Assembly: GCF_001194135.2 (NCBI RefSeq)
Contig: NC_068987.1
Span: 73,751,504-73,815,503, forward strand
DNA length: 64,000 nucleotides
Reading direction: 5' to 3'
Origin: Octopus bimaculoides
Taxonomy: Eukaryota
The translations under genes were made by a program, and so were the position numbers. Every line of letters starts with the position of its first letter. Within the stretch, counting starts at the first letter, position 1. The notes below the pieces were generated by a model. That model saw nothing but the letters and a program-made list of their open reading frames with translations. It was not told where the DNA came from and ran no database searches. This document shows, one piece after another, positions 25,399 to 38,510 of this stretch.

Positions 25399-26314
25399 TA
25401 GTGGAGACAAATGTTACCTCTTGGCAATAGTAGTGGTTATGATGAGTTAGGGTAGGTGGTGGTGGAAGTTTTGAAGGATATAGTGTCTCGACAGCTAACA
25501 GCTGATGCAGGTAGTTTATTCCATGCTCCAGCAATTCTGAGCGTGAAAGTATGTTTCCAAAAGTGTACTGTGTTATTTTTTCGATTTTGTAAGCATGTCT
25601 ACGAGTGTTTGACAAGGAATTCAAAGAGGTGTCCTAAGGTTGTAGTTGGAAAGATGGTGAATAATCTGGTGGTGGGGAAGAGATGATTAATGTTTGTGGC
25701 AGAGAGGAATATGGTTTTGGTTATAGTGGGGGCGATAGTGGTAGCAGAGATGATGGAAGGATAGTAGGGTGTGGGTGGAGGCAAATTTGGGGGGTTAGAA
25801 AAGAAGCAGCATTGAGGGGTGGGGGTGATATAAGTTGTGGTTGGTGATGTTTATAGTAGTAGTTAGGGGTAATAGTAGTTACCACGGAATGGTGGTGATG
25901 ATGGCACGGTTGGAGTGGAGGAGCAGTGAACTGACGGCTGAATTAAATGTAATGTTTGTGTGGGAGTGGCTGTGGAGGTGATGGCTGCGAGGATGATAGT
26001 AGTGGTGATGATGGCGGGAGCAGCGATAGTAGCAATATTAAGAATACTAAGTCATGGAAAGAGAGAGGTGATGCAATAGCATTGGGGGCGGCGGCTGTGG
26101 TGGAGGAGGTAGTGGTGATGGTGGCGGTGACGGTGGTGACAGCGATGGTGGCGGCGGTGGTGGTGGTGGTGGTGGGGTAGTGGTGTTGTGCTGTGTCCTG
26201 ATTAATTAAACCAATATTTATCTGAGTAGATGTTTTTACTTTAACATTGTTAATCTCTTGCACCAGTTTTTCTTCCACTTGATGAACTAACATGTTGATC
26301 AGGTCCTTAATACA

Positions 26315-26414
<100 letters not shown>

Positions 26415-26819
26415 ATAGAAAAAAAAGGTGAGGAATAAAATGAAGCGTACGAAAGGAGAAGAAAAAGTAGTAAATATAAGGAAATTTAAAGAGATGGCAG
26501 TGGATAGTGGAAGAGACAAAATAAATATTTGCTAAATTCATCTAACTGGTTTCTTTCTTTTCGCTTTTTTTTTTCTGGGCACACAATTAATAGTTGTTTG
26601 CAAGAGGGCTGAAAAGAACGGAATGACCGAGAGTTTAACGTTTGGGTTTTCCTGCTCAACTTCAGTTATGCGGCACTTCAATGTAACCATGAAAAACACC
26701 TCGCATTGATCTACATTTCCTCAATTCCTACCAAGCGACTGAAGAATAGGGAACAGGTTCGTACACCACGAGAGTTTCTTACTATTTGTAAGAATAGTGA
26801 GAGAGTAACAAGTTCTTAC

Positions 26820-27239
26820 ATTGGCATAAGGCGAGGAATTTTGGAGAAGTGAACAGTCGATTGTTTCGATCCCAATACTGGAGTGGCATATTTTATCGAC
26901 CCTGGAGGGATGGAAGGCAAACTCAACCTCGGGGGTGGGGGGCGAATATGAACGCAGAAAGAAAAGCTGGAAGAAACGTCACTAAGCAGTTTGTTCGGTG
27001 CGATAACGATTTTATCTAATTTAGGTACAAGAAATATATTGGTTTCAAGGCCAGCAATTTTGAAGGAGGGAGTGAGTTGATTCGATAGACCCCAGGATTT
27101 ATTTGGTATTTATTTCATCGACCTCAAAAGGATGAAAGGCAAAGTTCACCTCGGCGGAATTTGAACCCAGAACTTAAAGATGGACAGAATGCCGCTAAGC
27201 ATTTGCGCGGCGTACAAACGATTCTCCCAGCTCTCCGCC
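26820..27239 (-). mobile_element. SINE-A, two copies
   Basis: 26820-27010 diverged; 27036-27239 well preserved. Confidence 0.82.
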
Positions 27240-27394
27240 ATAGGCACAAGAAAAATATCAAATTAATAACTCACCTTTTATCTTTTATCTTTTTACCTGT
27301 TTCAGTCATTAGACTGCGGCCATGCTGGTGCACTGCCTTAGTGAAACGACTCCACTGGACTCAGTATACTTTTTTCTTATTATTATAGACGTCA

Positions 27395-27850
27395 CAAGTA
27401 TACAATATCGTGAGGTTGTTGACTGAAGATATTGTGTCTACCGGAGGTTCGTACTGTTTGTCGACTCAGACGGACAGTACTTTACGCAATATGCGGGCAG
27501 TTCCAAGTAATTCTGACTTTTGCAATACGTCTATATTGTAGGGTATTTCTAAGGTTTTCAGATGTTTTTTTCAGATTGGGTGTTATTGAACCCAATACTC
27601 CGATGATAGTAGGAATAACCCTTATGTTTGACTCTTGTAGCTGCCACATTTTAGCGATCTCAATTCTCAGGTCTCCATATTTATCAACCTTTTGTCTTTC
27701 TTTCATGATGATATGTTGCTCTCCTGGCACTGCTACGTCAATTATTAGGCACTCTTATTTGTCCCTTCTAAAGGTTACTATGTCCGGCCTTCGGTGCTTA
27801 ACACCTTGTCTGTCTGGAAGTCAAAGTCCCAGAGGATTTTTATCTTCCCA
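27395..27850 (-). mobile_element. RLE-type LINE 3' end with 3' UTR and short (ATA)n tail
   Basis: LWDFDFQTDKVL/HRRPDIV, ECLIIDVAVPGEQHIIMKERQKVDKYGDLRIEIAKMWQL...VIPTIIGVLGSI: restriction-like endonuclease signature. Confidence 0.85.
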
Positions 27851-27865
27851 TTTTCGTCCATTACC

Positions 27866-27937
<72 letters not shown>

Positions 27938-27939
27938 TG

Positions 27940-28262
27940 TGGAGCCTGGTACTTATTCTATCGGCCACTTGTGCCGAACCGCTAAGTTACGAGGACGTAA
28001 ACGCACCAATATTAGTTGTCAGACCTTTAATAGATAAATAAATATCGCAGATACCGTCATCATCGCATCACTATCATCCCTACAACTATCACCTCCACCG
28101 TCACTACCACACAAACATTACCTCTATTTCTACCGTCAATTCACAAACGACTCTACTGATCCCAGTGTACATATTTTTGTAAAGCCTGGTATGTATTCTA
28201 TCGGGCTGTTACCGAACCGCTAGTTAACGGGAATGTAAACGCACCAATACCGGTTGTCAAGC
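27940..28262 (-). mobile_element. SINE-B tail fragments (27940-28025, 28185-28262); others near 27285-27360 and 57590-57690
   Basis: ccgaaccgctaagttacg..gtaaacgcaccaat motif. Confidence 0.7.
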
Positions 28263-28334
28263 TTTTAATAAATAAATATAAATTCAGCATTGTTAGTGAA
28301 GATGTGGTTATTTTTTTATTCTCTTCTATTGCAG

Positions 28335-28445
28335 TGGTTGTGACCAGCGGAGACAAGTGGGATCTGGTGGTGTCACAGACTGAGAAATTACTTCCAACTG
28401 TGGTCAATCTGACTATATCTAGTTTTGAGAATCTCATCAACAACA
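28335..28445 (+). CDS. Coding exon 2 of iGluR/IR-like gene
   Basis: Strong acceptor ttttttattctcttctattgcAG, donor A|GTAAGT, 111 nt, phase 1-1, open: (V)VVTSGDKWDLVVSQTEKLLPTVVNLTISSFENLINN. Confidence 0.8.
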
Positions 28446-28639
28446 GTAAGTATGATAATCATTACCGTTGTCATGTTTAATCCTTGATTTCAATAGAAGC
28501 CGACATTAAGCTAGATTCTTGTTATTAACGCTGCTGCTGCTGCTGTTGTTGTTGTTGTTGTTGTTGTTGTTATTGTCGTTGTTGTTGATAATGAAGTGAA
28601 GGCAATGGTGGCATTTGTTATTATTAATAACTTTGTGAA

Positions 28640-28862
28640 GGCGTTGAGCTGGCAGAATCGTTAACACGCTGGGTAAAATAAAATGCTTAGCGGTATTTTG
28701 CCCATCTTTATGCTCTGAGTTCAAATTTCACCGGGGTCGACTTTGCCTTTCATACAATTCGGGGTCGATAAAATAAGTATACAATTTTAGTGCTGGGATC
28801 GATGTAATCGATTTAACCCATCCCCCGAACTTTCTGGCCGTGTACCAAAATCTGAAGCCATT
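28640..28862 (+). mobile_element. SINE-A full length
   Basis: Matches consensus. Confidence 0.9.
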
Positions 28863-29132
28863 ATTTGTTGTGATTGCTCTTAGAACTATCGTTGATGCCT
28901 CGTAATCATGTTTGCCCATGGTTGCAGATGGTATGACTGTTGTTACAGTTATTATTGATGTGTTGTTATATCTGTTTAGTAATTGTTTTTTGTTGTGGGG
29001 CAACTTAGTCGTGATTATGGGATTGTGGTGATTGTCGCGTTTAGCCCCGGATTAACCCAGATTTAGTAGACCTTTGAGCAAAGGAATTCCAGCAAGGACC
29101 TTTGTGTTTTCTGTTGGTAGGTATGTCGGAAA

Positions 29133-29295
29133 GTGGAGTCGTATGGCTTAGTGGTTAGGGTGTTGGACTCATGATCGTAAGATTGTGGTTTCAATTCTTG
29201 TATCGAACAACGCGTTGTGTTCTTGAGTAAAACACTTCATTTTACGTTGCTTCAGACCACTCAGCTGGCAAAAATGAGTAATCCTGTGATGGAGC
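29133..29295 (+). mobile_element. SINE-D; further copies 39490-39600 (-), 44375-44482 (-), 45901-46085 (+), 48300-48430 (+), 53305-53430 (-)
   Basis: TGGCTTAGTGGTTAG head and TTGAG(C/T)AA.ACACTT..CACTCAGCTG CORE-like segment. Confidence 0.78.
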
Positions 29296-29615
29296 AACGT
29301 CTCAGCCCTTATGAGTTGGTATGACTTGAGAAAGTAACTTTACTTCACTTTACTAGTTCTGTCGGAAATGCATTGTCCAGTATGTCCTTTATTTTCTCTA
29401 GATGGTAATGTGTAATTTGAGGGATAATTGGCTGCCTTTTCTGTTAGGTCGTCCAACCACAAAGAGTCTCTCTTTTTTGCTTGCAATGGATCTTGATATT
29501 AGTGTTTATGTCTGTGTTGTTGTTCTTGTTGCTATTTCGTTCCAAGTTTGCACTGATCTCTTCTGAATAACAAAGAATACTAGAAAGCGAGGGAGAAGAG
29601 AAAGAGAAAGTGTGT

Positions 29616-29647
<32 letters not shown>

Positions 29648-29727
29648 NNNNNNNNNNNNNNNNNNNNNNNNNNNNNNNNNNNNNNNNNNNNNNNNNNNNN
29701 NNNNNNNNNNNNNNNNNNNNNNNNNNN

Positions 29728-29765
<38 letters not shown>

Positions 29766-30054
29766 CAAATATACTTAAATCAACAATTCTTTCTCTGCAG
29801 AATTTTCACACTGGGGAAAAAAATAAGCGATTCCAGAGTCAAAATTGTTTTCAGACTGAAAAATACTTTGCCATTATTCTCACCGTTTTTTTGTAGATTC
29901 ATCTTCCTTAATGTTTGTTTAACTCGTCAGCTAAAATTCTGAATAAATTGTTAGGTACTTAATTGCGTTATATACAAGACTAATTGTTTATATCGTGTAG
30001 GGAGGAAGTTAGGATAAGAAACTAGTTAGAGTGGAGAATACAAAATTGTATTTG

Positions 30055-30395
30055 TATCTAAGCACAAGATTAGCAGTTTTGAAGTGAGAGGATTAGTCGA
30101 TATCATGGTCCCCACTACTTGACTGGTATTTTATTTATAGACCCAGAAGGGATGAAAACAAGGTTGACCTTGGCTGGATTTGATCTTGGCTGGATTTGAT
30201 CTTGGCGAGAGTGAGTTAGACGATTACATCAACCCGGGCGCATAATTAATATATTTTATATTATGATTCCGGAAAGATGAACAAGATATATATCAGGATC
30301 GGATTTGAACTCAGAATATAAAATATCGGAATAACTCTTGCAAGAGATTTTGTAATTTTGTCCGACTCTTTACCGATTCTGCCAATGGACCGCTC
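30055..30395 (-). mobile_element. SINE-A, two diverged copies
   Basis: Reverse core and head motifs. Confidence 0.7.
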
Positions 30396-31139
30396 TTAGT
30401 GAAGGGCGGGAATAGATATAGAATAAAGGATAAGGACCTCTCTGAAAGATATTACTTGCAGCACTTCAACATTTAAAGCTGGTATAGGCGACGTAATAAA
30501 AAATTCAAATCCATGTTAAATCATGCATAGACACTTTTTCAGCCTCCATCATATTTTGTCAAAACAAAGACTAGGATCCATAAACTGATTATATCAGCCT
30601 TTTCTGTATCCCTAATCTGACCTTAACAAACCACAAGAAGCAGCAAATAAGGCAAAAATACCATATTTTACACAAATGCAAGTTGCACACAAGCTACATG
30701 CACAGAATAGAGGTGCAATGAAACCAAATTCATTGAAACGGAAGACCACGTAAATATGTGTCTGGGTATACAGTACACCAAGATCTCGCCCGTACAGTTC
30801 TTGCCATTGATTTTTATGTCGCAGTGAAATGCCCAGACACATTTAGGTCATCCTGGTAACCTTACGACAGAGCTTCTATGTGGTTACTGGACCTGCGAGA
30901 AAGAGGACTCTTATCTTTCCATTCCTAAGTACACCACTAATAATTTATAAAAGAACGCCTTTTGGTGGTGTCTGTGATGGTGGGGATCCAGGAGTGGTGT
31001 TGGTAATGATGGAATTCTCTGGAATTTGCTCATGGGAATATGGCGAATAGCCAAATTAAATGTGTCTACCGATGAGGATTGTAGTAGGTATTATTATTGT
31101 TGTCGATGTTGTTGTAGGTGTTTTTGCATATAGCAAAAT

Positions 31140-31450
31140 AGATGGTCATAGTTGGAGTGAGTACCTTTCATTAGAGGTCTGTTCGATCAGGGCTGATCGG
31201 GGGCTACACAAAATCTGTCAATACTACAGACCATTGAAGGAACCTTTATATGGTCGCTTGACCAGCTAGAAATATCAGCCAAAACACTTTTGAATTACAC
31301 CCTCAATGCTTATAAGTGAATCGGGCACATAGTGGATAAAGTTACCGTAGACAGGCAATAACTAGGAGAAGAACAAGGTGGCCAAAGCTGGAACGCTTTC
31401 AATTACAAGTCTGCTGAATCAAGGCTGATCTGTGGGTAAACTACAACAAT
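31140..31450 (+). repeat. Unclassified interspersed repeat family E (other copies 10030-10240, 29035-29100 minus, 29350-29470 minus, 43905-43955, 50030-50335, 50768-50830)
   Basis: Recurrent motifs GACCTGCTAGAAATA.CAGCCAAA and GATGG.CATAGCTGGAA.GC.TTTGATCA...GGGCTAAACAAC. Confidence 0.7.
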
Positions 31451-31744
31451 TAAGCTGAAATATCCAGCAATAATATTGGTCTAAAAGACGACGACGATGA
31501 CAATGGTGACGATGTCATGGACGATAACGTCGGCAATGATACCTGTAATTCCCTACAGAACAACTATCGCAAGGAAATTTGGTCGACGAGCAACGGATTT
31601 TGAAGTTTTCTCGCCAATATTCATCGGCAAAGGATATCCACACACACACACACCTGCGTGCATACATATATACATACATAAATACATACGTACATACATA
31701 CATTATGTATGTATGACACATACACATATATACAGACAGACAGA

Positions 31745-32815
31745 CAAACACTTTATAATGAAATCCGTCGGAAGGAAAATCCCGAAGACAAAGAAATAAG
31801 AACCTACAATATTGATAGAAGCCATAACCATAACAAAAAGGAATACTGGTAGAATGTCCCAGTGAAGACCTCAATAAGATGTAAGCACAACAGACCTGAT
31901 ATAATGATTTGAGACAGAGAAGAGAAACTGTGCACAGTTGTGGAAATTAGATGCCCAGTGGATGTTAACATAAAACTGAGATCAGTGAAAAAGGGAGCAC
32001 CTGTGTTGAACTATTAAGAAATCTGCAGTTACTCGATCCAGATTAAAAGTTCAGGTTTATACCTGTAATTATTGAGGCCCTGGGATATTTAACACACTGC
32101 CTAAATAGTAATCTTGAGAAATTAGGCTTCTCAAAACCAGAAAGGCGAATCGAATTCGAAGACTACAGATCCAATTCAGTCACTGGAACTGTAAAAATCT
32201 GTAAAACTTTCCGGAAGTTTATCATCTAAATATATATGAGCATGTCTAGATATGCAACTATATGCATGAGAATACATACATAAAACATACAAATCTGCTC
32301 ATACATACATACATACATACATACATACATACTAGCCCTTCTTGTTTATTTTCACTGTTTCGTTTTCCTATCATGTTTTCTGTTAGCCACGATATTCCTC
32401 CGCATTACAAATTTAATTTGATTCCGCGGGAAGAGCCATTCTAACAATGGGTCCTGCCCTAACTCTTCGAAACGCTTAGTTTTGGAATGGTGGCAGCTGA
32501 TGAGGGAAATGTTCTCTATGTGGCCTGTGTGTTTTCTGTACTCTCTTTATGTTCTGTTTTTCATTTTACTCCACGTTTTTTTTGTGACGTCCTGTACTCA
32601 GATATGCATCTATATATACATGTAGATGTAGGTATGTAGGTACGTACATACATGTACGTATATATGCATATACTCAAATATTATTTGTATTATTACATAC
32701 ATACATACAAAAATACCCTGTTGTTGATGCTGAAATTCCAATGAAGGAGCCTTGGATCTAGGTTAGAAACCGGTTCTTTCTCTATTGGTAAGAAATCTTG
32801 AAATAAACTGAATAA
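31745..32815 (+). mobile_element. RLE-type LINE 3' end, second family; 3' UTR interrupted at ~32331-32690
   Basis: EYW*NVPVKTSIRCKHNRPDIMI*DREEKLCTVVEIRCPVDVN...FRFIPVIIEALGYL...GTVKICKTFRKFII* (ends 32228). Confidence 0.8.
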
Positions 32816-34944
32816 TACCATACAAACATACATACATACATACATACATACATACATACCATCCCACCGGGAGCAAAGTATGATTGAACTCGGAATCTTG
32901 GGGAGGGGATGCAAATCCTTAATTCATACGCTTCAAATGATCACGTTATCTTGGACTATAAAAATTTGCGAGACCTTCTAAAGATTTAAAGGCTGATGGT
33001 GAACACAAGATACTTTCCTTCACAACCTTGCTACCAAGTATATAGCCGGCCAAAATTTATTCTAAATTAAAAAAAGAAAGAGAACATAAATTCGTATTAA
33101 TCTATCCAACCGTCCATCCATACATACATACATACATGCATATATACATACACATGCATACACTCACATATACATGTATACATACATACACATGCATACA
33201 CTCACATATACATGTATACATACATACTTTCTTACCTACATATACATGCGCTTAAATATGTTTGTACATATATAAATTCATACATACACAATCGCGCATT
33301 TACAGTTACTTACTCTCACACACATAAGCTCTCACACTTGTATAACATACATACACAAACATGCACACACACACATACGCGCGCGCGCACACACACACAC
33401 ACGTACACATTCGTACTAGTAATTAATAACATGTCATAAGAAATATATAAAAGTATGATGTAATGCCCTGAGATTTCGTTGCAATCTGATCTAATGGTGC
33501 GCAAGAAAATTGCATTAACACAAAATGAAGCCACAACAACGACAATAACAAAAATCGCTGCACCTACAACAACATCGACAACAATAATAATACCTACTAC
33601 AATCCTCATCGGTAGACACATTTAATTTGGCTATTCGCCATATTCCCATGAGCAAATTCCAGAGAATTCCATCATTACCAACACCGCTCCTGGATCCCCA
33701 CCACCACAGACACCACCAAAACTACCAAGACCACCATCCCTATCACCCCCACTACCACCCCCAACAGCAACAACAACGCGACCACCAAANNNNNNNNNNN
33801 NNNNNNNNNNNNNNNNNNNNNNNNNNNNNNNNNNNNNNNNNNNNNNNNNNNNNNNNNNNNNNNNNNNNNNNNNNNNNNNNNNNNNNNNNNNNNNNNNNNN
33901 NNNNNNNNNNNNNNNNNNNNNNNNNNNNNNNNNNNNNNNNNNNNNNNNNNNNNNNNNNNNNNNNNNNNNNNNNNNNNNNNNNNNNNNNNNNNNNNNNNNN
34001 NNNNNNNNNNNNNNNNNNNNNNNNNNNNNNNNNNNNNNNNNNNNNNNNNNNNNNNNNNNNNNNNNNNNNNNNNNNNNNNNNNNNNNNNNNNNNNNNNNNN
34101 NNNNNNNNCCACTACCACCACTACCACCACCACTACCACCACTACCACCACCACCACCACCACCACCACCACCATCATCATCATCACCACCACTAATTAT
34201 CACCACTACAAACTCTCCAACACTGTCACTACCACTACCAACAGTAACAACAGCACCACCACCGCCGCCGCTCATACCACCGACCTCTTCCCTCCAACAC
34301 CACGACCACCCTCAAAACTACCAACACCTTCACCAATTCCAACATTACCGTAATTAAGATCGTGTTTATTAGAAGCAGATCTTATATAGTAGTCGTTTTA
34401 GTTTCTGAAGATATTTACCGAGATAGCCGCCAGTTGTACATACTTGGTCAGATTTAATGCATGGTTTCAGCTCTGGTTGGATGCTTGTACGACGTTGCTG
34501 GGGATTGTGGTTATAAACGAGTGGGCGGCCAGGAGGATCGGCGGCTATTAGAGCTTGAATGGTAGTCGAGTTAAATTTGTATGGGATTTTTTTGTCCTTT
34601 CTTCGATACTGATGGAAGTCAGGTAGAAGTCTCATTTACAATACCTTGTTACATCTACCTCTATTTATGTTCTCCCCACACACCTCACCATATTTTCTGT
34701 TATCTCTGAATTAGAAAAAGAAAGACAGTGTTCGTAATCCTTTTCATCGTCTCCTAGGGTTGTTGGAAGAAGAGAAGTTATCTCTAGAATGGAGATTTTT
34801 TCCAAATGTTTGCAACGGAACGGAATTTATTAAGACGCGTCTCATGATGTTTAATCGGCAGAGGATTAAGTTTGCCATTCAAATGCCTCTCTTTGCCCTA
34901 GACGTTTGCACCATATTCTACTTCCTAGATTTTTACGCTAAGCA

Positions 34945-35150
34945 CTTTATATTGGTTTCAAATTTTAGCACAAGGCCAGCAATTCCTAAGTCGATTAGAT
35001 CGACCACAATGCTTAACTGGTACTTATTTTATCGACCCCGAAAGGATAAGAGGCAAAATCGACTTTGTTGGAATTCGAATATAGTACATAAAACTGGAAG
35101 AAATGCTGCTAAGCATTATTTTTGGCGCGGTAACAATTCTGCCAGTTCTC
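34945..35150 (-). mobile_element. SINE-A
   Basis: Reverse match to consensus. Confidence 0.8.
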
Positions 35151-35399
35151 CGACTGATACTTTGTTTATATAAATCACTTTACTGAGACTAAACAATTTA
35201 TCCAAACCAAACACTTTAATTTAAACTAAACATTTTATATAATCTAAACACTTAATCATATAAAGCGTTAACCAAAAGGAAAATATTCTTCAACCAAATA
35301 AAATATTGACCATAAGAAACCAAAGAGGGGCGGGACGGGCCTCTATATCATTGCTTGGAATGCAAGAAATAGATACCGAATATCGCTCAAATCATACGC

Positions 35400-35700
35400 T
35401 TTCGCCTTTAAAAAGGAAGAACACAGATACAGTTCGAATAAAAAATGAGATAATAGCAGCCAGAATCAACCCCCGACCAGGACGTCACTGCACTATTAAG
35501 ACCAAGTACTGCAATAGCATGGGATTTCAGGGCCCACAGTTATTTAATATTTTGTTAAAAGCCTGAGAGATGTACATGGAGTTGGGGTAAATATCTTCAA
35601 GAAACAACTTGACTTTCTGCTGTCCAAGATCCCTCAAGGCAAAAAGCTCAAACGAGGGTAGCAATATCAACAACTCTCTCATTCATCGAAAGTTGAACAC
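35400..35700 (+). mobile_element. CR1/L2-group LINE 3' fragment
   Basis: INPRPGRHC..TKYCNSMGFQGPQLFNIL...VNIFKKQLDFLLSKIP, typical post-RT C-terminus. Confidence 0.6.
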
Positions 35701-35756
35701 TCATACGTCGTCTTCGACGGGAGAGTCTATCACACACATACACACAAAAGACATAT

Positions 35757-35913
35757 ACGCTTTCCTCAGTTTCCCAACCGAACCCACTCACACAGCTTTG
35801 GTTAGCCCGAGGCTATAGTAGAAGACATTTGCCCAAAGTGCAACGCAATGGAGTTGAACCCGGAACCCTGTGGTTGGAAAGCAAACTTCTTACCACACAG
35901 CTACGCCTGCGCC
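35757..35913 (-). mobile_element. SINE-B 5' half
   Basis: Reverse head ...ccacacagctacgcctgcgcc. Confidence 0.85.
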
Positions 35914-36553
35914 TGTGTATATCAAACATTACTGTAAAAAACTTTAAGAGAGCAGATATGTAAAACAATTAAACACATTTGTAATGTTTAAAGATAAAAT
36001 TGCAGTGGTTTCTAAAGTTACTTTCTTAAATATCTTAACATATAAACGGGAAATACTTCCTTCTTTTTGGTGATCATTTTGAAACAGAAGGAAAAAGAAT
36101 TCCTATGAAGTTGACAACGATTTCTTTAATAGTTTAGAAGGTGCTATCTATCACTGCAAAGTCATCGCACAAGATACCTCTGTATATTTATCTTTATTAT
36201 TCAATTGATTACATAGGAAGCAGAAGAGGGGAAATACGGGTTCATTGGTTGATAAATAGGTCTAAAATGCTTTCTGTATGTATGTATGTACGTATGCATG
36301 CATACATGCGTGTGCATATAGGTGTTAACATATATGTCTATGTGTATTTGCATATTCATATATATAAATGTATGCATAAATTTGTATTTGGTCCTGTAAT
36401 TTATCGCTTCTGTGAATCAACAGATTTATACAAGCACACACGCGCACGCGTGTGTATAGATTGTTTCCTTTACAAACAAACTCTCATACAAGCAACATGG
36501 ACTAAAAACTCCTTAACAAAATATGAAATTGCAATATCTTCACCAATTTCAAT

Positions 36554-36585
36554 GTCATGATTAGCGAAATGCGAAACCGGTAGAC
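36554..36585 (+). ncRNA. Degenerate minimal hammerhead motif (H3)
   Basis: GUC-AUGAUUA-GCG(AAA)UGC-GAAAC-CG-GUA-GAC; stems consistent, palindromic ACCGGU, two core substitutions. Confidence 0.4.
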
Positions 36586-37585
36586 TATCATAATATTCTA
36601 TCCTTTAAAATATATTAAAAATATACAATTTGTCTGCATTTTTACCATATACTTTTTTACCTTCTTTTACCATATACTTTTTCACTACAACTTAGTACAT
36701 GGAGAAAATCCTTCAACGAAATTCTTTTCTACCTTTCTCTCTCTCTCTCTCTNNNNNNNNNNNNNNNNNNNNNNNNNNNNNNNNNNNNNNNNNNNNNNNN
36801 NNNNNNNNNNNNNNNNNNNNNNNNNNNNNNNNNNNNNNNNNNNNNNNNNNNNNNNNNNNNNNNNNNNNNNNNNNNNNNNNNNNNNNNNNNNNNNNNNNNN
36901 NNNNNNNNNNNNNNNNNNNNNNNNNNNNNNNNNNNNNNNNNNNNNNNNNNNNNNNNNNNNNNNNNNNNNNNNNNNNNNNNNNNNNNNNNNNNNNNNNNNN
37001 NNNNNNNNNNNNNNNNNNNNNNNNNNNNNNNNNNNNNNNNNNNNNNNNNNNNNNNNNNNNNNNNNNNNNNNNNNNNNNNNNNNNNNNNNNNNNNNNNNNN
37101 NNNNNNNNNNNNNNNATGTATATGTATGTGTGTGTGTGTGTGTAGTAGTAGTAGACTGTTAACAATGATAGTCAAGAATGCTAGACATAGGAAGTTACAA
37201 ACAGCAAGAAGAGAAAGTTAGATAAAAGCGAGCTTTTCCTTGTTAAATGGAATTCGTAATGATACATTTATGTTGTATATATTTTCATCGTTAACGGAAG
37301 TCGGAAGTAAGGTTGTTATATTTTCAATGCTATTTTTAGTCACATTTTACAAATAAAGAAACGCAGACATAGAAAGGAACTTTGCGTTGTGATGGATTGA
37401 ATCATCAGCTTCGAACGTATAAATAAATTATGTGCTACATTGCGTATGTTTTTTAATCCCATTTGTCCATTAAAATGTGTGTGTATGTGTACGGGTACGC
37501 ACGCGTGTGTATAAATATATGTATGTATGTATGTATGCATGTATGTATGTATGTATGTATGTATGTATGTATGTATGTATGTATG

Positions 37586-37619
<34 letters not shown>

Positions 37620-38510
37620 ACTATATATATATATATANNNNNNNNNNNNNNNNNNNNNNNNNNNNNNNNNNNNNNNNNNNNNNNNNNNNNNNNNNNNNNN
37701 NNNNNNNNNNNNNNNNNNNNNNNNNNNNNNNNNNNNNNNNNNNNNNNNNNNNNNNNNNNNNNNNNNNNNNNNNNNNNNNNNNNNNNNNNNNNNNNNNNNN
37801 NNNNNNNNNNNNNNNNNNNNNNNNNNNNNNNNNNNNNNNNNNNNNNNNNNNNNNNNNNNNNNNNNNNNNNNNNNNNNNNNNNNNNNNNNNNNNNNNNNNN
37901 NNNNNNNNNNNNNNNNNNNNNNNNNNNNNNNNNNNNNNNNNNNNNNNNNNNNNNNNNNNNNNNNNNNNNNNNNNNNNNNNNNNNNNNNNNNNNNNNNNNN
38001 NNNNNNNNNNNNNNNNNNNNNNNNNNNNNNNNNNNNNNNNNNNNNNNNNNNNNNNNNNNNNNNNNNNNNNNNNNNNNNNNNNNNNNNNNNNNNNNNNNNN
38101 NNNNNNNNNNNNNNNNNNNNNNNNNNNNNNNNNNNNNNNNNNNNNNNNNNNNNNNNNNNNNNNNNNNNNNNNNNNNNNNNNNNNNNNNNNNNNNNNNNNN
38201 NNNNNNNNNNNNNNNNNNNNNNNNNNNNNNNNNNNNNNNNNNNNNNNNNNNNNNNNNNNNNNNNNNNNNNNNNNNNNNNNNNNNNNNNNNNNNNNNNNNN
38301 NNNNNNNNNNNNNNNNNNNNNNNNNNNNNNNNNNNNNNNNNNNNNNNNNNNNNNNNNNNNNNNNNNNNNNNNNNNNNNNNNNNNNNNNNNNNATATATAT
38401 ATATATATATAAAACACATATTTATATATACACGCATATATAGACATATATACACACGCACACACATATACATATATATACATATACGTATATGCATATA
38501 TATTACGATG

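Larger units (their letters stand above)
30960..33721. repeat. 161-bp inverted duplication (30960-31120 vs 33561-33721)
   Basis: Direct comparison gives 2 mismatches; explains identical ORF starts MCLPMRIVVGIIIVVDVVVG on opposite strands. Confidence 0.95.

Noticed and set aside
31140-31220. Family E 3' end as an HDV-like ribozyme (GGTCA/TGACC, GGGCTAA)
   Set aside because: Could not build the nested double pseudoknot; a simple hairpin explains it
32497-32503. CTGATGA followed by a small hairpin
   Set aside because: No GAAA after the stem, so not a hammerhead as it stands
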